A DNA stretch of 64,000 bases from positions 113,894,001 through 113,958,000 of the forward strand of contig OX597816.1 of assembly GCA_951406725.2 (NCBI GenBank), read 5' to 3'. The notes beneath the pieces are model-generated. The model did no database searches and was not told where the DNA came from. It saw nothing but the letters and a program-made list of their open reading frames with translations. This document shows, one piece after another, positions 40,321-55,328 of this stretch. The first letter of the stretch is position 1, and each line of letters starts with the position of its first letter. The position numbers and the translations under genes are program-made. Source of the stretch: Octopus vulgaris (taxonomy: Eukaryota).

Positions 40321-41188
40321 CCTACATATGTGTGTATGTGAGTGTGTATGTATGTGTGTGTATGTGTGTGTGTCTGTATTTGTGTGTGTGTGTGTGTGTG
40401 TGTCAGATCCACTCACAATGCTTTGGTTGGTCCAAGATTATTGTAGAAGACACTTGCCCAAGTTAACATGCTGTAGGACTGAACCCAGAACCATGTGTTT
40501 GGACAGCAAACGTCTTACACATATATCTGAGTCTTTTTTGTTTGACCTCGAAATCTCACATTGCATATGAATTCACCAAAAACATATAATCTTTTTCCCA
40601 TAACACCAGGTGCTACCTTTTTCGATTTAATTAATGTTGGCTTATCAACATGTTTCCATGATTCTTTTGTTTATAATGGTGATATCACTACCTGTGTCCA
40701 ACTGCATTTTAACACTTGTATTTCTTATTTTGACCTTCATGAATTTCCTCATTATTATATTACCAATTTCTTATGACATACTATTTTTCCTTTGTTTTGA
40801 CATTTTGTCCTCTTTGTTCTACAGTGTGTCTTTGTATGTCCTATGTTTCCACAATGAAAGCACTCCCATTTCTTAAATGGACAATTTTTCCTCAGGTGTA
40901 TACCTCCACATATAAAACATGGATTTATTTCCTGGTTCTCATGGCTTAGAGGAATTTTTGGGGTTTGAATAATTTACCACTCGAAACATGGGTGTTTTGT
41001 TCAACATCTTTAAACAACCCATATTTGGGGACCTGTTTATCTTGATATGAGATCACCATGTTGCATACATATAGTTGTGATGCATGTGCCTGATGTACCT
41101 TTATCAGAGGAGTAGTCATGATAGGTATACTGGGCTTTGTATATTTTACCCCCGTGTCACTTTGATGGTATGCATTGCTCTCTCACTC

Positions 41189-41245
<57 letters not shown>

Positions 41246-41247
<2 letters not shown>

Positions 41248-42528
41248 AGCTACAATATCCTTAACTGGACACGAAATGAACTGACCAAAATAGACAGGAA
41301 AACAAGAAAAATAATGACAGGATCTAGGATGCATCACCCAAAATCTGACATAGAAAGACTATATATACAACGTATAGAAGGTGGTAGAGGCCTTATACAG
41401 CTGGAAAACTACTATAAAATAACCACCATAGGACTGCAAAAATATCTACTTCAGAAGGAAGGAAAACTGATCCAGATAGCGGCAAAACACGAGCAAAACA
41501 AAAAACTGTTCTCAGTATTTAAGGAAGCTGACAAATACAAACAAGAAATCATACCACCTAATTAACATGAAGAAGAAGAAGAAGATGAAGAAACAACAAA
41601 AGCTATAAAAAAAATGAAATCCAAACTAAAAATAGAACAGCAACGAACCATGATAAAACGATGGCAAGAAAAGCCCCTTCATGGTAAATACTGGACTAAA
41701 CTAAACGCAAAAGAAATAGACAAAGAAAAATCCCAGCAATGGTTGAGAAGCTCAGGACTCAAAGCAGAAACAGAGGGATTTTTAATTGCAGCACAAGACC
41801 AAAGCCTCCCCACCAGAAATTACCAAAAACATGTAATGAAAAGAAATATTACAAGTAACTGCAGAATATGTGGAGATGGACAAGAAACAATAAATCATAT
41901 TATCTCTAGCTGCCCAGTCCTGGCTAAGAAGGAATATATTCACAGACATGACAGAGTTGGAACTTACATACATTGGAAGCTATGCCAACATTATGGAATA
42001 ACAACAGAAAAAAGATGGTATAGGCACACACCAGAAAAGGTCACAGAAAACGAGAAAGCAACCATACTCTGGGATATGCCGATACACACAGATAGAGAAA
42101 TTAAGGCCAACAGACCAGATATAGTTGTCAGAGACCATGAAGAAAAAAATGCTTTCTAATTGATGTATCAGTACCGGCAGATGACAACGTGTCTCTAAAA
42201 GAAATGGAGAAACTCTCAAAATACAAAGACCTGGAAATAGAGGTAACTAGAATGTGGAATCTGAAAACAGAAACAATTCCTATCATAGTAGGTGCATTAG
42301 GCATGATAAAAAAATATTCAGACAAATACATAACAAAAACACCAGGACTTACAAACACATATAACATACAGAAAATTGCACTACTAGGCACTGCACACAT
42401 CCTACGCAGAACACTTTCCATACAATAACCATCAGAGCATCACAACAAATCACAGCACATACCCAAGGCACACAGAGCTGCGCTCGGTAGTGAAGTGAAA
42501 GCACGCTATAAAAATAAAAATAAAACTA

Positions 42529-42531
<3 letters not shown>
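41246..42531 (+). mobile_element. 5'-truncated R4/Dong-like non-LTR retrotransposon in (TAA)n
   Basis: RLYIQRIEGGRGL, PLHGKY, AAQDQSL, CRIC..ETINHIISSC zinc knuckle, RHD and NRPDIV restriction-like endonuclease motifs. One stop and one frameshift; (AAT)n on both sides. Confidence 0.92.
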
Positions 42532-42569
<38 letters not shown>

Positions 42570-42592
42570 TAATAATAATGATAATAATAATG

Positions 42593-42628
<36 letters not shown>

Positions 42629-42686
42629 TAAACTATAAATAATATATAATAATATAATAATAATAATATATAATATATAATGATAA

Positions 42687-43737
<1,051 letters not shown>

Positions 43738-43739
<2 letters not shown>

Positions 43740-45342
43740 CCTTTCTACTATAAGCACTGAAATTTTTGGGGAGGGTTTCAGTCGATTAGATCGACCCCAG
43801 TATGCAACTGGTACTTAATTTATCACCTCTAAAAGGATGAAAGGCAAAGTTGACCTCGGAGGAATTTGAACTCAAAACACAAAGACAGACGAAATACTGC
43901 TAAGCATTTCAACTGGTAAGCTAACAGTAATGCTAATGATAGACTCTCCCATCAGAGATGACTCCTATCAAAGATGACTTTCATCAAAGATAACATTTCC
44001 ACAACAAAAGTTCTCTGCTTTCTTAAATGGACAATTTTTCCTCAGGTGTATACCTCCACATGTAAAACATGGGTTTATTTCCTGATTTTTGTCGTGTTTT
44101 TTTAGAAAACATTTTATCTTTATTCTGACTATTTCACACTTGTTTTACTTGGAAATAATCTTTACGTTCAATTTCCTCCATAATGTGTCTTAATTTGATT
44201 ATCCTTTCACATTCTTCTGACACTTGTTGTAGGGTTGCAGCCTGGTTTTGCTGAACAACCTGCACAAATGACTTGGTTACAGTGATGAAATGTATGTGCC
44301 GTACATTAGCTCACCCCCTCCATCAAATTGACTTTGCTTTAACAGGTGCATGGTGTGCCATGCATCGACTGTTCAAGTGACAGCAGAGCAATGTGAGATG
44401 AAGTGTTTTTCTTAAAAACACAATGCACGCCCTACTCTAGGAATTGAAACCATGATCTTGCAATCATTTGGCTATGCAGCTCTTTCTAATTCTTGGCACA
44501 AGGCCAATAATTTGGAGGGGAGGGGAAGCTGAAAGTTAATTACATCAATCCCAGTGTATAACTGGCACTTATTTTATTGACTCGAAAAGGATGAAAGACA
44601 AAGACGACCTTGGTGTAATTTGAACAAACACCACAAAGATATATTGTAACACTTTAACTATTCTGCCTGCTTGCCACTCTTGAAATTATGGTTCTTAATT
44701 GAAGCACAAAGTAAGCATTTTGAAGGGAGGGATTAATCAATACCATAAGCCATAGTACTCAACTAGTACTTTATTTCATCACCCTTAAAAAGATGAAAAG
44801 CAATGTTAACCTTGGAAGGATTTGAACTCAGAATATACAGACCCAGACACAATACCATAAATTGCTCATGATTCTGCAATTTCTCTGCTGATGGTTTCTG
44901 ATTTGGGCCAGTAATTTGAGAGAAGGGTATCAGTTGATGCTACTGACCTCAATACTTAACTGGTACTTTAAAAATTTATCCAGGGTTGGAGAGGGGGTTT
45001 AAATAAATGCAAAGTTGCCCTTGGTTGGATTTGAACTCAGAATATAAAGAGCTGACATAAATACAGCAAAGCATTTTCTTGAATGTCCTAACAATTTTAC
45101 CAGTGCACTGCTTAATAACGATAATTCTTTCTAATTTTGGCATGAGGCCTTGCAATTTTGAAGGGAGGGACAAATTGGTTACATTGACTCCAGTACTCAA
45201 CTGATATTTATTTTATCAACTCTTTGAAAGGATGAAATCGACCTTGGCGAAATTTGAACTCAAAATGTGAAGAGCTGGAAGAAATGCCACTAAGTATTTT
45301 GTCTGATGTGCTTATGATACCACCAATTTGCTGCATTTATAC

Positions 45343-45429
<87 letters not shown>

Positions 45430-45630
45430 TAAGAATAATAATAATAATCCTTTCTACTATAAGCACAATTTTTAGGGAGTGCTATTCAATTACATCAACT
45501 CCAGTTCTTGACTGATACTTGTTTCATCAACCCCAGAAAAGATGAAAGGCAAAGTTGACCCCAGTGAAATTTGAACTCAAAACAAAAAGACAGATAAAAT
45601 ACCACAAATAATTCTGCCAGCACACTGCTT
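43738..45630 (-). mobile_element. Cluster of at least six co-oriented SINE family B copies plus one other SINE
   Basis: Recurrent actggtactt..aaaggatgaaaggcaaag..tttgaactc near 43810, 44560, 44765, 44960, 45200 and 45510. Confidence 0.8.
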
Positions 45631-45659
45631 GAATGATGATGATAATAATAACAATAATG

Positions 45660-45723
<64 letters not shown>

Positions 45724-46522
45724 CAATAACAATAACAATAATAATCATAATTTTTTTTGTTACTTGCTACCAAGGCCATTCCTACATACAAAAGACATTT
45801 TTTAAAGAAAACATGTGGGGTGGGTAGGGATTAACAAAGTTATGCATAAACAAACAAGAGGAGTATCAGAGACGTTACACAATATATTAAGACATGAAAA
45901 AATGCACAAAATAGATGATTGTACAAAACACAGATATAATCTAAACAGATACAATTTACAGAAGCAAGAAAATAATAGGGCAATCTACCCATACATATGA
46001 GAAACTGCCATCTGGGCTTCCTCACAAATCTGACCATCCTCTGCTTGCATACCCATGTCATGCTGTAAGAATGTCACATCCCAAACAAGCCCATGTACAG
46101 TTGGATATCAGAAAGAGTAGGAAGAGCTCATATTCCTTTCATAAGTTTAGTAACCTATCCTTTATACTCTTTATATGCAGCTCTTTGCAAAATTCTCCAT
46201 TTCTTCTCTTACATTCAGGAAACCCATCAGATTCTTGTATGTTTCCAGTACTGTAAGGCTTATGTTTAATTTTCTTATTTACTTCTAGGGTGGGGGAAGC
46301 AGACCACTTTTTGTTCTGTATACTTTCTGTTTCAGCCACTTCTTCCATTTTAAGGTCTTTTCCTGCTTTTTGTTTCCACTGTTCCCTAGAATTTTCATCT
46401 CATCATCGTTGCAAAATCAGAGGTAAAGGGAACATTGTCGTCTTGATCCTCAACTTTCAGGTTGTTGACTTCTTGCAGTTTTTTTTTCATCATCTTTTCA
46501 GACTGAGGAAATGGTGATTTCT

Positions 46523-46755
46523 TATTTCTTTATTCCCCACAAGGGGCTAAACATAGAGAGGACAAACAAGGACAGACAATCGGATGAAGTCGATTACATC
46601 AGTCCCAGTGCGCTTCTGGTACTTAATTTATCAACCCTGAAAGGATGAAAGGCAAAGTTGACCTTGGTGGAATTTGAACTCAGAATGTAACAGCAGACGA
46701 AATACGGCTAAGCATTTTGCCTGGTGTGCTAACGTTTCTGCCAGCTCGCTGCCTT
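46523..46755 (-). mobile_element. SINE family B with long TSD
   Basis: gactgaggaaa(t/a)ggtgatttct at 46501-46522 and 46767-46788; same subfamily as 25410-25646. Confidence 0.88.
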
Positions 46756-47028
46756 CTGAGGAAAAGGACTGAGGAAAAGGTGATTTCTGATGTTTTTGGA
46801 GCATCTACTACCAGAGCCCTAAGAACTACACCTTTTGTGGCCTTTACCTTTTTTGATCCCTCTAGATAATAAACTTTCAGTAACTTTTACTGCTATTTAT
46901 GTAGTAGCTTAACTTTCATGGCCTTTCTTTTAGCACTAGCATAGCAAACAGTTCTGGAATTTGGAATTCCTCTACAGTCCCCAGGGGTTGATTGGGAATA
47001 TATTCTCATAGACCCCTTTCAATCACAC

Positions 47029-47222
47029 TAGGGGCATATATTCAGGTTGTGCTAGATGTGCACTACATACCCATCGAAAATGGTAAATTCATTATAAATG
47101 TTAACCTTACTCATTAATTTAATCACAAATCTTAATGGAAAACTTTTGCTATACTCTTACTTGAAATTTGGTGGCATTGAGTGTGGCAGCACACTCAATG
47201 CAACAACCACCATACGCCACTG
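47029..47222. mobile_element. MITE, inverted homolog of 26531-26700
   Basis: Shares aattcattataaat.ttaaccttactcatt and aaatcttaatggaaaactt with the 26.5-kb copy. Confidence 0.7.
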
Positions 47223-48032
47223 AGCTATGCCACATTCTTTGTTATTCCAGTGTTTACCATCTACCTGTACTACACCACAGAAGTAACAATGAACTATACG
47301 TTAATATCATTATCAATATCCTTTATCACAACTCTTGTCTTACACTGCCACATGTAGTTTGTAATGAGTTTCTGTGCATGTGGGTGACCTACTATCTGTG
47401 CAGTCTGCATTTCCCTTCATCTTCAGGTATGAATTTATCCATATCTTGGCCAATAGAGAAGATATGGCAAATAGGCAGAAAAAACAAAACAACTAGTCTC
47501 TGACGAGGTGTTACTATATACATGCCCTAAAACTAAAGCTTCTGTATAATTGCTCAATCTGTTAAAAACAGAAATATTATCTTCTTCATATCTCATCACT
47601 ATAGATAAATGGGTAAGGCACAAAAGACACATTAGGTAGTATAATGCTAGATTATACCCTACCACCACCAGAAACTTGATAGCTGCAACTGGAATGCCTT
47701 AATCATAGGTCTGCTTAATTGGGGTTCAGTGGGTGATAAACACAAACAATAACAGCAACAACAAAACAAATTCAGAAAGAAGAATAATTAAAAAATTCAT
47801 TTTTGAACAAATCTAAATTGATACTTTTTCATGAAGCGTATTCAATTGACATTGGTCTCTGATCTGTATACATGTTACCTTATTTCTGAAATTGGTACTT
47901 ATTTATTTCTCTTGTTAATCAATAATTTATGAGTTGGTCTAAGTATTTATATATATGTATACATACATATATATATATATGTGTGTGTGTCTATATGTGT
48001 GTGTTTGTGTGTGTGTGTGTGTATATTTATAA

Positions 48033-48073
<41 letters not shown>

Positions 48074-49300
48074 GATAGATAGATGAATATATTTATGCGT
48101 ATGTATGTGTGTATATGTGTGTGTGTATATATAATGGTACATATATATATATGTTAACATTTATAACTTAAATTAACAAGAGTCATTAGAGTTCAAATGC
48201 TGATTTTCTTCAAGTTTCAATTTTTCTTCTTTATTCAATTTTACTCGACAAAAATAATCAAGATAGAACTTTTTTTCCATACACAAATTTTCTTCTGTTT
48301 TTTTTTTGTTGTTGCTGTTGCTTATTTTGTTAGTTTATAACATCTTGAATTGGATACTTGAACCTGTCTTTTTAAATTGGCCAATTGCTTACACTTAATA
48401 TCAGACCAATTAAAAAATAATTCCAATATCAAATTAAAAATGTTTTAATGTTTATATTTAAGGTTGAATTACATTCGTTGTTGAAATGTTATTTTGATAT
48501 ATTGAGCTGAAATAAGTCATCTAAAGTTGTTTCACATTGAAAGTAGCCTAACCCTTATCATTTCTTGCGAAAAATATTTGCTTTTAAATTTATATCTTAT
48601 TATACATCAGAAAGTATAACAAGATAATTTACTAATGTAGATCGACATGAAATTGAATTGTTTAATTAATTGAGTTGTCAGACTCACATGCATAGAAACA
48701 TATTCACATATACATATGTACAAAGCTTACATTCATTATAAAAAGTCAAAGGATTTTAAAAATAGCAGTCCTAATTTATTCAGAAAATAATTCATTTAAA
48801 TATCTTACTGCTTTAGATACTGTATCTCTTAACCTTCTATTTGATGTCCTTTTTGAAAACTCTAACTTTAGATATAATGTTAAAGATCAGGTCTTTTGTC
48901 ATGGTTTGGTCACAAAATCTTCATTTCTTTTAAAGAATTGATTTATATGTTAGGCAAAGTCTCATATTGGTACACATACACTATCAAGATGGTTTTTCAA
49001 TCAAGATGTCATTCTCCGTTGCACTTGGAATTCAAAATAAATTACATCATGAAAAGGCACCCTCTATTTGGTTGATTGGTCAACTAAAAGTAAAATCTCT
49101 TTCAAAAAAGACTTCTACCAACTTTTAAAACAAGAAGAAGCATTCTAATAAGTAGTCCAAGACACCATTAAAAAAAGACAGGATGGTTAGACCTGGAATG
49201 CATTTAATCAAGATCTGCTTGATCAGGATTGATCTGAGGTTAAGTAAACACCTGCTACAGTACTTAAACTTCTAGACACTTCTGTGAAACATATATGTTG

Positions 49301-49306
49301 TCATCG

Positions 49307-49339
<33 letters not shown>

Positions 49340-49386
49340 CCATCACCATCACCACCACCACCACCACCACCACCACCACCATCACC

Positions 49387-49420
<34 letters not shown>

Positions 49421-50552
49421 TCATCGTTTAACGTCTGTTTTCCATGCTGGCATGGGTTGGGCGGTTTGACAGGGGTCTGGAAAACCAGAAGGCTGCACTA
49501 GGCTCCAGTCTGATCTGGCAGTGTTTCTACAGCTGGATGACCTTCCTAACACGAATCACTCCGTTAATGTAGTGGGTGCTTTTTACGTGCCACCGGCACA
49601 GGGGCCAGAGGAGTCTGGCAACGTCCACAATTGGTTGGTGCTTTTTATGTGCTGCCGGCACAGACGCCAGTGAAGGTGGCACTGGCATTGACCACATTCA
49701 GATAGTGCTTTTTACGTGCCGCTGGCACAAGTATCACAACAAACAATTTCCATTTGATTTATATTTTGATGTTGATGTACTTGACACAATAGATCTCCTC
49801 ATGCACAGCAGGTCGCTCTACGATCCAAGGTAAGCATAGAAGGCTGTCCTGTGAGCCATGAACTCACTTCATTTATCGGGTCTTTGCAGTCACTGCATAT
49901 CTCCAGAGGTCTCAGTCTTTCGCCATTGCCTCTGTGAGGCCCAACGTTTGAGGGTCATGCTTCACCACCTCATCCCATGTCTTCCTGGGTCTCGCTCTAC
50001 CCTGGATTCCTTCAACTGTTTGGGAGTGGCACTTCTTCACACATCTCTCCTCATCCATCCGTAGTACATGACCATATCAATGCAAACGTCTTTCCTGCAT
50101 GCTGCATCTGATGCTTCTTTTGTCCAACATTTCTCTCAGGGTGCTTATATTCTGTCGTGTGTGCACACTGACATTACACATCCAGCGGATCATGCTAGCT
50201 TCATATCTTTCGAGCCTATGCATGTCCTCCGCAGTAATGGCCCATGTTTCACTGCTGTGAAGCATGGCAGTTCACACACATGCGTCATACAATCTACCTT
50301 TCACTCTGAGCAAAAGACCCTTTGTCACCAGTAGGAGAAGAAGCTTTCTAAACTTTGCCCAGGCTATTCTTATTCTAGTGATAAACTCACTGAGCATCCA
50401 CCCCCACAACTAACTTGGTCACTTAGGTAGTGAAAGCTATCAACTACTTCTAGTTTCCTCCTCTGGAGTGTGATGGAATCTGTTTTCTGAGTATCTGTGG
50501 TGTCAATTGCCCCTGTGCATCTGCCTCACATGAAAGCTATCTTCTCGGTTAA
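49301..50552 (-). mobile_element. 5'-truncated RTE-like LINE: ORF remnant, 3' UTR and (GAT)n/(GGT)n tail
   Basis: ORF 50077-50265 MLHSSETW..MIRWMC..MQERRL matches the RTE C-terminal (Y/H)GSETW motif. Confidence 0.88.
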
Positions 50553-51026
50553 TTTTCCTTTAGAAAAATGAATAAAATGAATATGATACTTGTATATCAT
50601 TTTCCAAGCTAACACATATCTGTTTTATAATAAAGTTAAACAGCAGATTCTGAGAAACCAAGTGATGCTCTGAGTTGGCAAATATTAATATGAATAGGTG
50701 AAACAGTGGAATAAAAAGAAAAGATATTTCTAATATTTACATGAAACCACACGTGCATGAATGTTGTATACTCATATTTATTCTGTAGATATATCAGAGA
50801 TCCTATAATTATATTGAATTTGTGTACTTATATCAAATATATATATATATATATATATACATATATAAATACGGGTGTGTGTGATTGTGTATAGAAGAAT
50901 ATATTAATAAAAGGAATTCCAACCTTGTCTGATTTTCACGTTTTATTTACAATCTTATAATGATATAAGATAATATAATATAATAAAATAAAATAAAATA
51001 ATAGAATGTTAAATGTTCATTCTGAT

Positions 51027-51071
51027 TGAACTAGTACTTTCATGCATTAAATTCTGCAATCTTCAGGTTCA
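51027..51071 (-). ncRNA. Minimal type I hammerhead ribozyme in the PLE 3' pseudo-LTR
   Basis: Minus strand TGAAC-CTGAAGA-T-TGCA-gaatttaa-TGCA-T-GAA-AGTACT-A-GTTCA, with palindromic helix III. Confidence 0.85.
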
Positions 51072-51485
51072 TGTAGTAGTGGTGACAGTCATGCTTCACA
51101 ATTTTTGACTGTAGCGAGATGATTGAATCTGTGCCTTAAATACAGCTGTGTAGGCTCCAGATTGCTAGGTTTTGCAAACTGTATTCTGACCAATCAGTGT
51201 GTAGTATCACTCAATTACTTAAGCTGATTGGTTGGTTGAGCTGATTGGTTTAGGCGTCACGCTTTGTTGGATATGTCAAGAGTCCTGTATCTTAACCCTG
51301 GCGGAGCAGCAATTGTTGGGCTATTTTTAGAAATGTTGTAAATAGCCTTTGTCAAAGATTTTTATATTTCAATTGTCATCATCATCATTGTCATCACCTT
51401 AATTATTGTTGGTAGTGATGATGGTGGTGGCAATAGAACTTTTAACCCTAAATAAGATAATTTTCCTGCTATCTAAGTATTATTA

Positions 51486-52775
51486 TTATTGCTTATTTAG
51501 CTTGGGTTCGAATTTATCAATAAAATTCTTTTTTCTGATTTTCCTCTCGATTTCATTTGGGCTGTGTAATTTGTAGAATGGAAATATTATATATATTTTC
51601 TGACCACATGTTGCTAGGTGGTTACTTAAAGGTATCTGACCGACCTCTGGGTCTCTAATCTGTTGTTGGTGCACACGTGAGCGTTCTGATAGTGCATTTC
51701 CCGTCTGGCCTACATATATTTCTTCACAATTTGGGCATTTGATGCAGTAAATTAAATTTCTGCTTTTGCAGTTCATATTCGCGTTTGTGAATATTTTCCC
51801 GGTTTTTGTGTTTATATATTGGCCGGTATGTATGAATTGGCATGTGCCACACCGGCTATCATTTCATTTAGATACAGTGAATGTTTGGTCTTTGTTGCTA
51901 AGGTCAAATTTTGCTTTTGTTAGTAATTTTTTCAAGTTTTTAGGCTGTCTTTCACTAAGAACCATAGCTCGATCCATGATTATGTCTTTTAATTCATTAC
52001 TTTGGGCAATGATTGGTAGGTTTGCTTTGGCAATGTTGAAGATATTCTGGTGACATGGGTTGTGTGTCACTATGAATGGTATGACTTGTTCTTGTTTTCC
52101 TCTTCCTTGGGTTGTCCTAAGTTGTTGTATGGGTATTTTTATAGCCCGCTGTATGCTATTTTCTATAAGTAGAGATGGGTATTTTTGTTTGAGCAAAAAT
52201 TCTCTTAGTTCTGTTAGGCGTTTGTTCCTGATATTTGCATCTTCTATAATGGTACAAATTCTTCTGGCTAGGCAGTATGGGATGTTGCGTTTTGTATGCG
52301 GTGGATGGCACGACTTAAAATTTAGGTATTGATGTGTGTCTGTGTGTTTATAGTATATATCTGTGGTGATGGTGGTGTCGTTTTTAATTACCATTATTTC
52401 TAGGAATGGTAATTTGGTACTACTCATCTCCTTTATAAATTGGAGAGATGGGTGTAGGTTGTTCAGGAGGATATTGAACTCTTCCAGAGTATTTAGAGAT
52501 TCTGTCCAGATTATGAAGCAGTCATCAAGGTATCTCTTCCATGCCTTTTCAATATACTTTCTAAATCCAGTGCCATAGTTTACCTCCACCTCTTGGTAGA
52601 GTTGTTGTTCTAAGTATCCCATTACAGAGTTGGCGTAAACGGGAGCAAACCTCGTTCCCATCGCCGTGCCTCTAATTTGAATGTAATTCTTTCCATTGAA
52701 GAAGAATGTGTTGCTTTCTAGAATAAGTTTGACTGAGTCTAATATAAATGGCACTGTGAATCTGCTGGGAATCAC
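51486..52775 (-). pseudogene. PLE reverse transcriptase C-half, Cys-rich linker and GIY-YIG endonuclease
   Basis: GTAMGTRFAPVYAN, RYLDD, YKHTDTHQYLNFKSCHP, then *NDSRCGTC and NLIYCIKCPNCEEIYVGQT. The two listed ORFs are in the same frame, split by one TGA at 51864-51866. Confidence 0.93.
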
Positions 52776-52819
52776 TTCTCTATGTTTTTATATGTATATA
52801 TATATATATACATATATAT

Positions 52820-52902
<83 letters not shown>

Positions 52903-54084
52903 CACACACACACACACACACACACATACATATATTTATGCAGCGATTCAGTATATATGACTGATACTTTTTAATCCCCTCTAGAAACATGGATGGCGAA
53001 ACTGAAACTTAGAATGTAAGAGACCACAATGTGTTTTGTTTAGTGTTGTGATTCTGCTAATCTTTTTCTGCTATTACTTGAATGTATATTTAATAATATT
53101 AATAAAATACTTCAAGTACACATTATCAGATATACTTTACAACTTGGATGTATTAAGTCAAGACAGATTGCAGTTTTAGAATCAGAATCTATATGAGATC
53201 AGGGAATTATGACATTCTTTCCAACCACGTTACTAAATAGCAGAAACATTGTGAAATTATTAAAAGAGTGGATCTAAAAGATATTTGGAGCATGAGAACA
53301 GGACTTATACATTTCTCAGTTGGATGAAGCATTGCTTCAATTTCTCATTTCCATCGGGGATAAAACTCCCCAGCAAACAGTGACCATCCACGATCATAAT
53401 AAGTTCTATTGACCAGCTCAATTCCTCTGAGCAATTAAAGTTTTTATTGTTATATTCTTACAAGGAATAAAAGGAGATATAATGCAGTAATCTACCTTAA
53501 GAAACTATGCAATATGTCTCCTAAATAAGGCATTGAATGTCATATAAACCATCAAACTACTAAATATATAATTTGATAGTCCATCTCCATCTTTGATGAT
53601 GAAGATTCAGTTTTTTGATCAAATGAATTATCTGTTCCTGACATAAGTCACTTAACAAGCAAGTGGCTGAGTATTCCGCAGATGAATGTATCTTTAACAT
53701 AATTCTCAGACAGAATAAATGTGATGTAATGTGTGACAAGACTGTACTTTTGAATTACTGGTACAATCCACCCAGCTTAAAGGGCTTCTGTACAGTTTCC
53801 TCCAACCCAGTTTCCCTCCCAAGGTATGAGTCTACCTAAGGCCATAGAAAATGACATTTTCCCAAGATGCTATATAGTGCAATTGAACCTAGGATCTCAT
53901 CATTGTGGTGCAAACCTCTCAACCCCTTAGTTATACTGTGCAGCAGGATCAAAATTTCTGACTTTCATTCCAAATAAACACAATACACTGCAACAACTTG
54001 AGGATGAATGGAGATGAGATCTTCAATATTTTATTAGAAGCATGTGGGAGAGAAGCTACATTTGGACTCAGTATTACACACCAG

Positions 54085-54551
54085 TTTCAAACCTTGGTAC
54101 AAGGCCAGCAAGTTTGGAGAAGTGGGTAAATCGATTACATTAACCACCATGCTCCACTTGTACTTATTTTATCGACTCTGGAAGGATGAAAGGCAAAGTT
54201 GACCTCAGATGAATTTGATCTCAGAACATAAAGATAGCTGAAATGCTGCTAAGCAAAAGCCTGGTGTGCTAATGATTCTGCCAGCTTGCAACCTTGACTT
54301 AGTATTGCATATTCTTTCCTACTCTAGGCACAAGGCCTGAAATTTTGAGAGAGGTGGGGCTAGTCAATTAGATCGACCCTGGTACACAACTGATAATTAA
54401 TTAATCGATCCCGGAAGGATGAAAGACAAAGATGACCTCGGTGGAATTTGAACTCAGAACATAAAGACAGACAAAATAATGCTAAGCATATCACCCGGTA
54501 TGCTAACGTTTCTGTCATCTCGCCACCTTTTTCTGCCAGCTCGCCGCCTTA
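54085..54551 (-). mobile_element. Two tandem SINE family B copies
   Basis: Copies at 54085-54295 and 54314-54550, separated and flanked by a t(c/t)agtatt(a/g)ca target motif. Confidence 0.85.
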
Positions 54552-55285
54552 TTTAGTATTACATATTAACATCACAGCAGCTAACAAAGGAGTCTCTATG
54601 TGATCATACAACCTGTCAGAAATGGCAGCCAAGAATTCTTCATTGTACAACTCCACCGTTCCTAAAAAGGGGTACATTAGATATTATAGTCCTAGATTCA
54701 CTAGGCTTGAAAACAAACCACAAAGTGGTATGGCTGGAACACCTTTAATCTTGAGTCTGTCCACTCAGGGCTAACCCAGGGTTAAACACCAACATATCAA
54801 GCAGTGTCAAAGCACATACACAAACACACACACACACACACAGCACATACACACACACACCTCAGTTCATTTAACTGTCTGTACATAAAATATGGGAAAT
54901 AATCTGAACACATTCTGCTAAAATAACTTTGATAAAATAGAATTTAAAATCATTAATAACAGTATTCATTTTACTTCTTACTATAAATAATTTTCACTTA
55001 GATTGGAATATTAAACAAATAAACCTTTATTTATAAATTCATATTTTATTAACATTTATATAGAATATTTCTATCTTGATATATATAAAAGCACACAGAC
55101 TAACATATGTAAGTATATTCACACATATATGCATGTGCAGATATACACACACATACACATATATATAGATATAGATATATATATATCTATACATATGTTG
55201 GTATATATACATATATGTATATACACATATACATATATACACATATATACCTATGTATGAATATACATATGTATGCATATATGTA

Positions 55286-55328
<43 letters not shown>

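Larger units (their letters stand above)
50885..52790 (-). mobile_element. 5'-truncated Penelope-like retroelement (Neptune-like) between microsatellites
   Basis: RT-GIY-YIG ORF followed by a ~600-bp 3' region containing a hammerhead; (TA)n/(CA)n at both ends. Confidence 0.92.

Noticed and set aside
53150-53620. Possible Helitron PIF1 helicase relic (LLQFLISIGD)
   Set aside because: Only one weak motif in broken frames.
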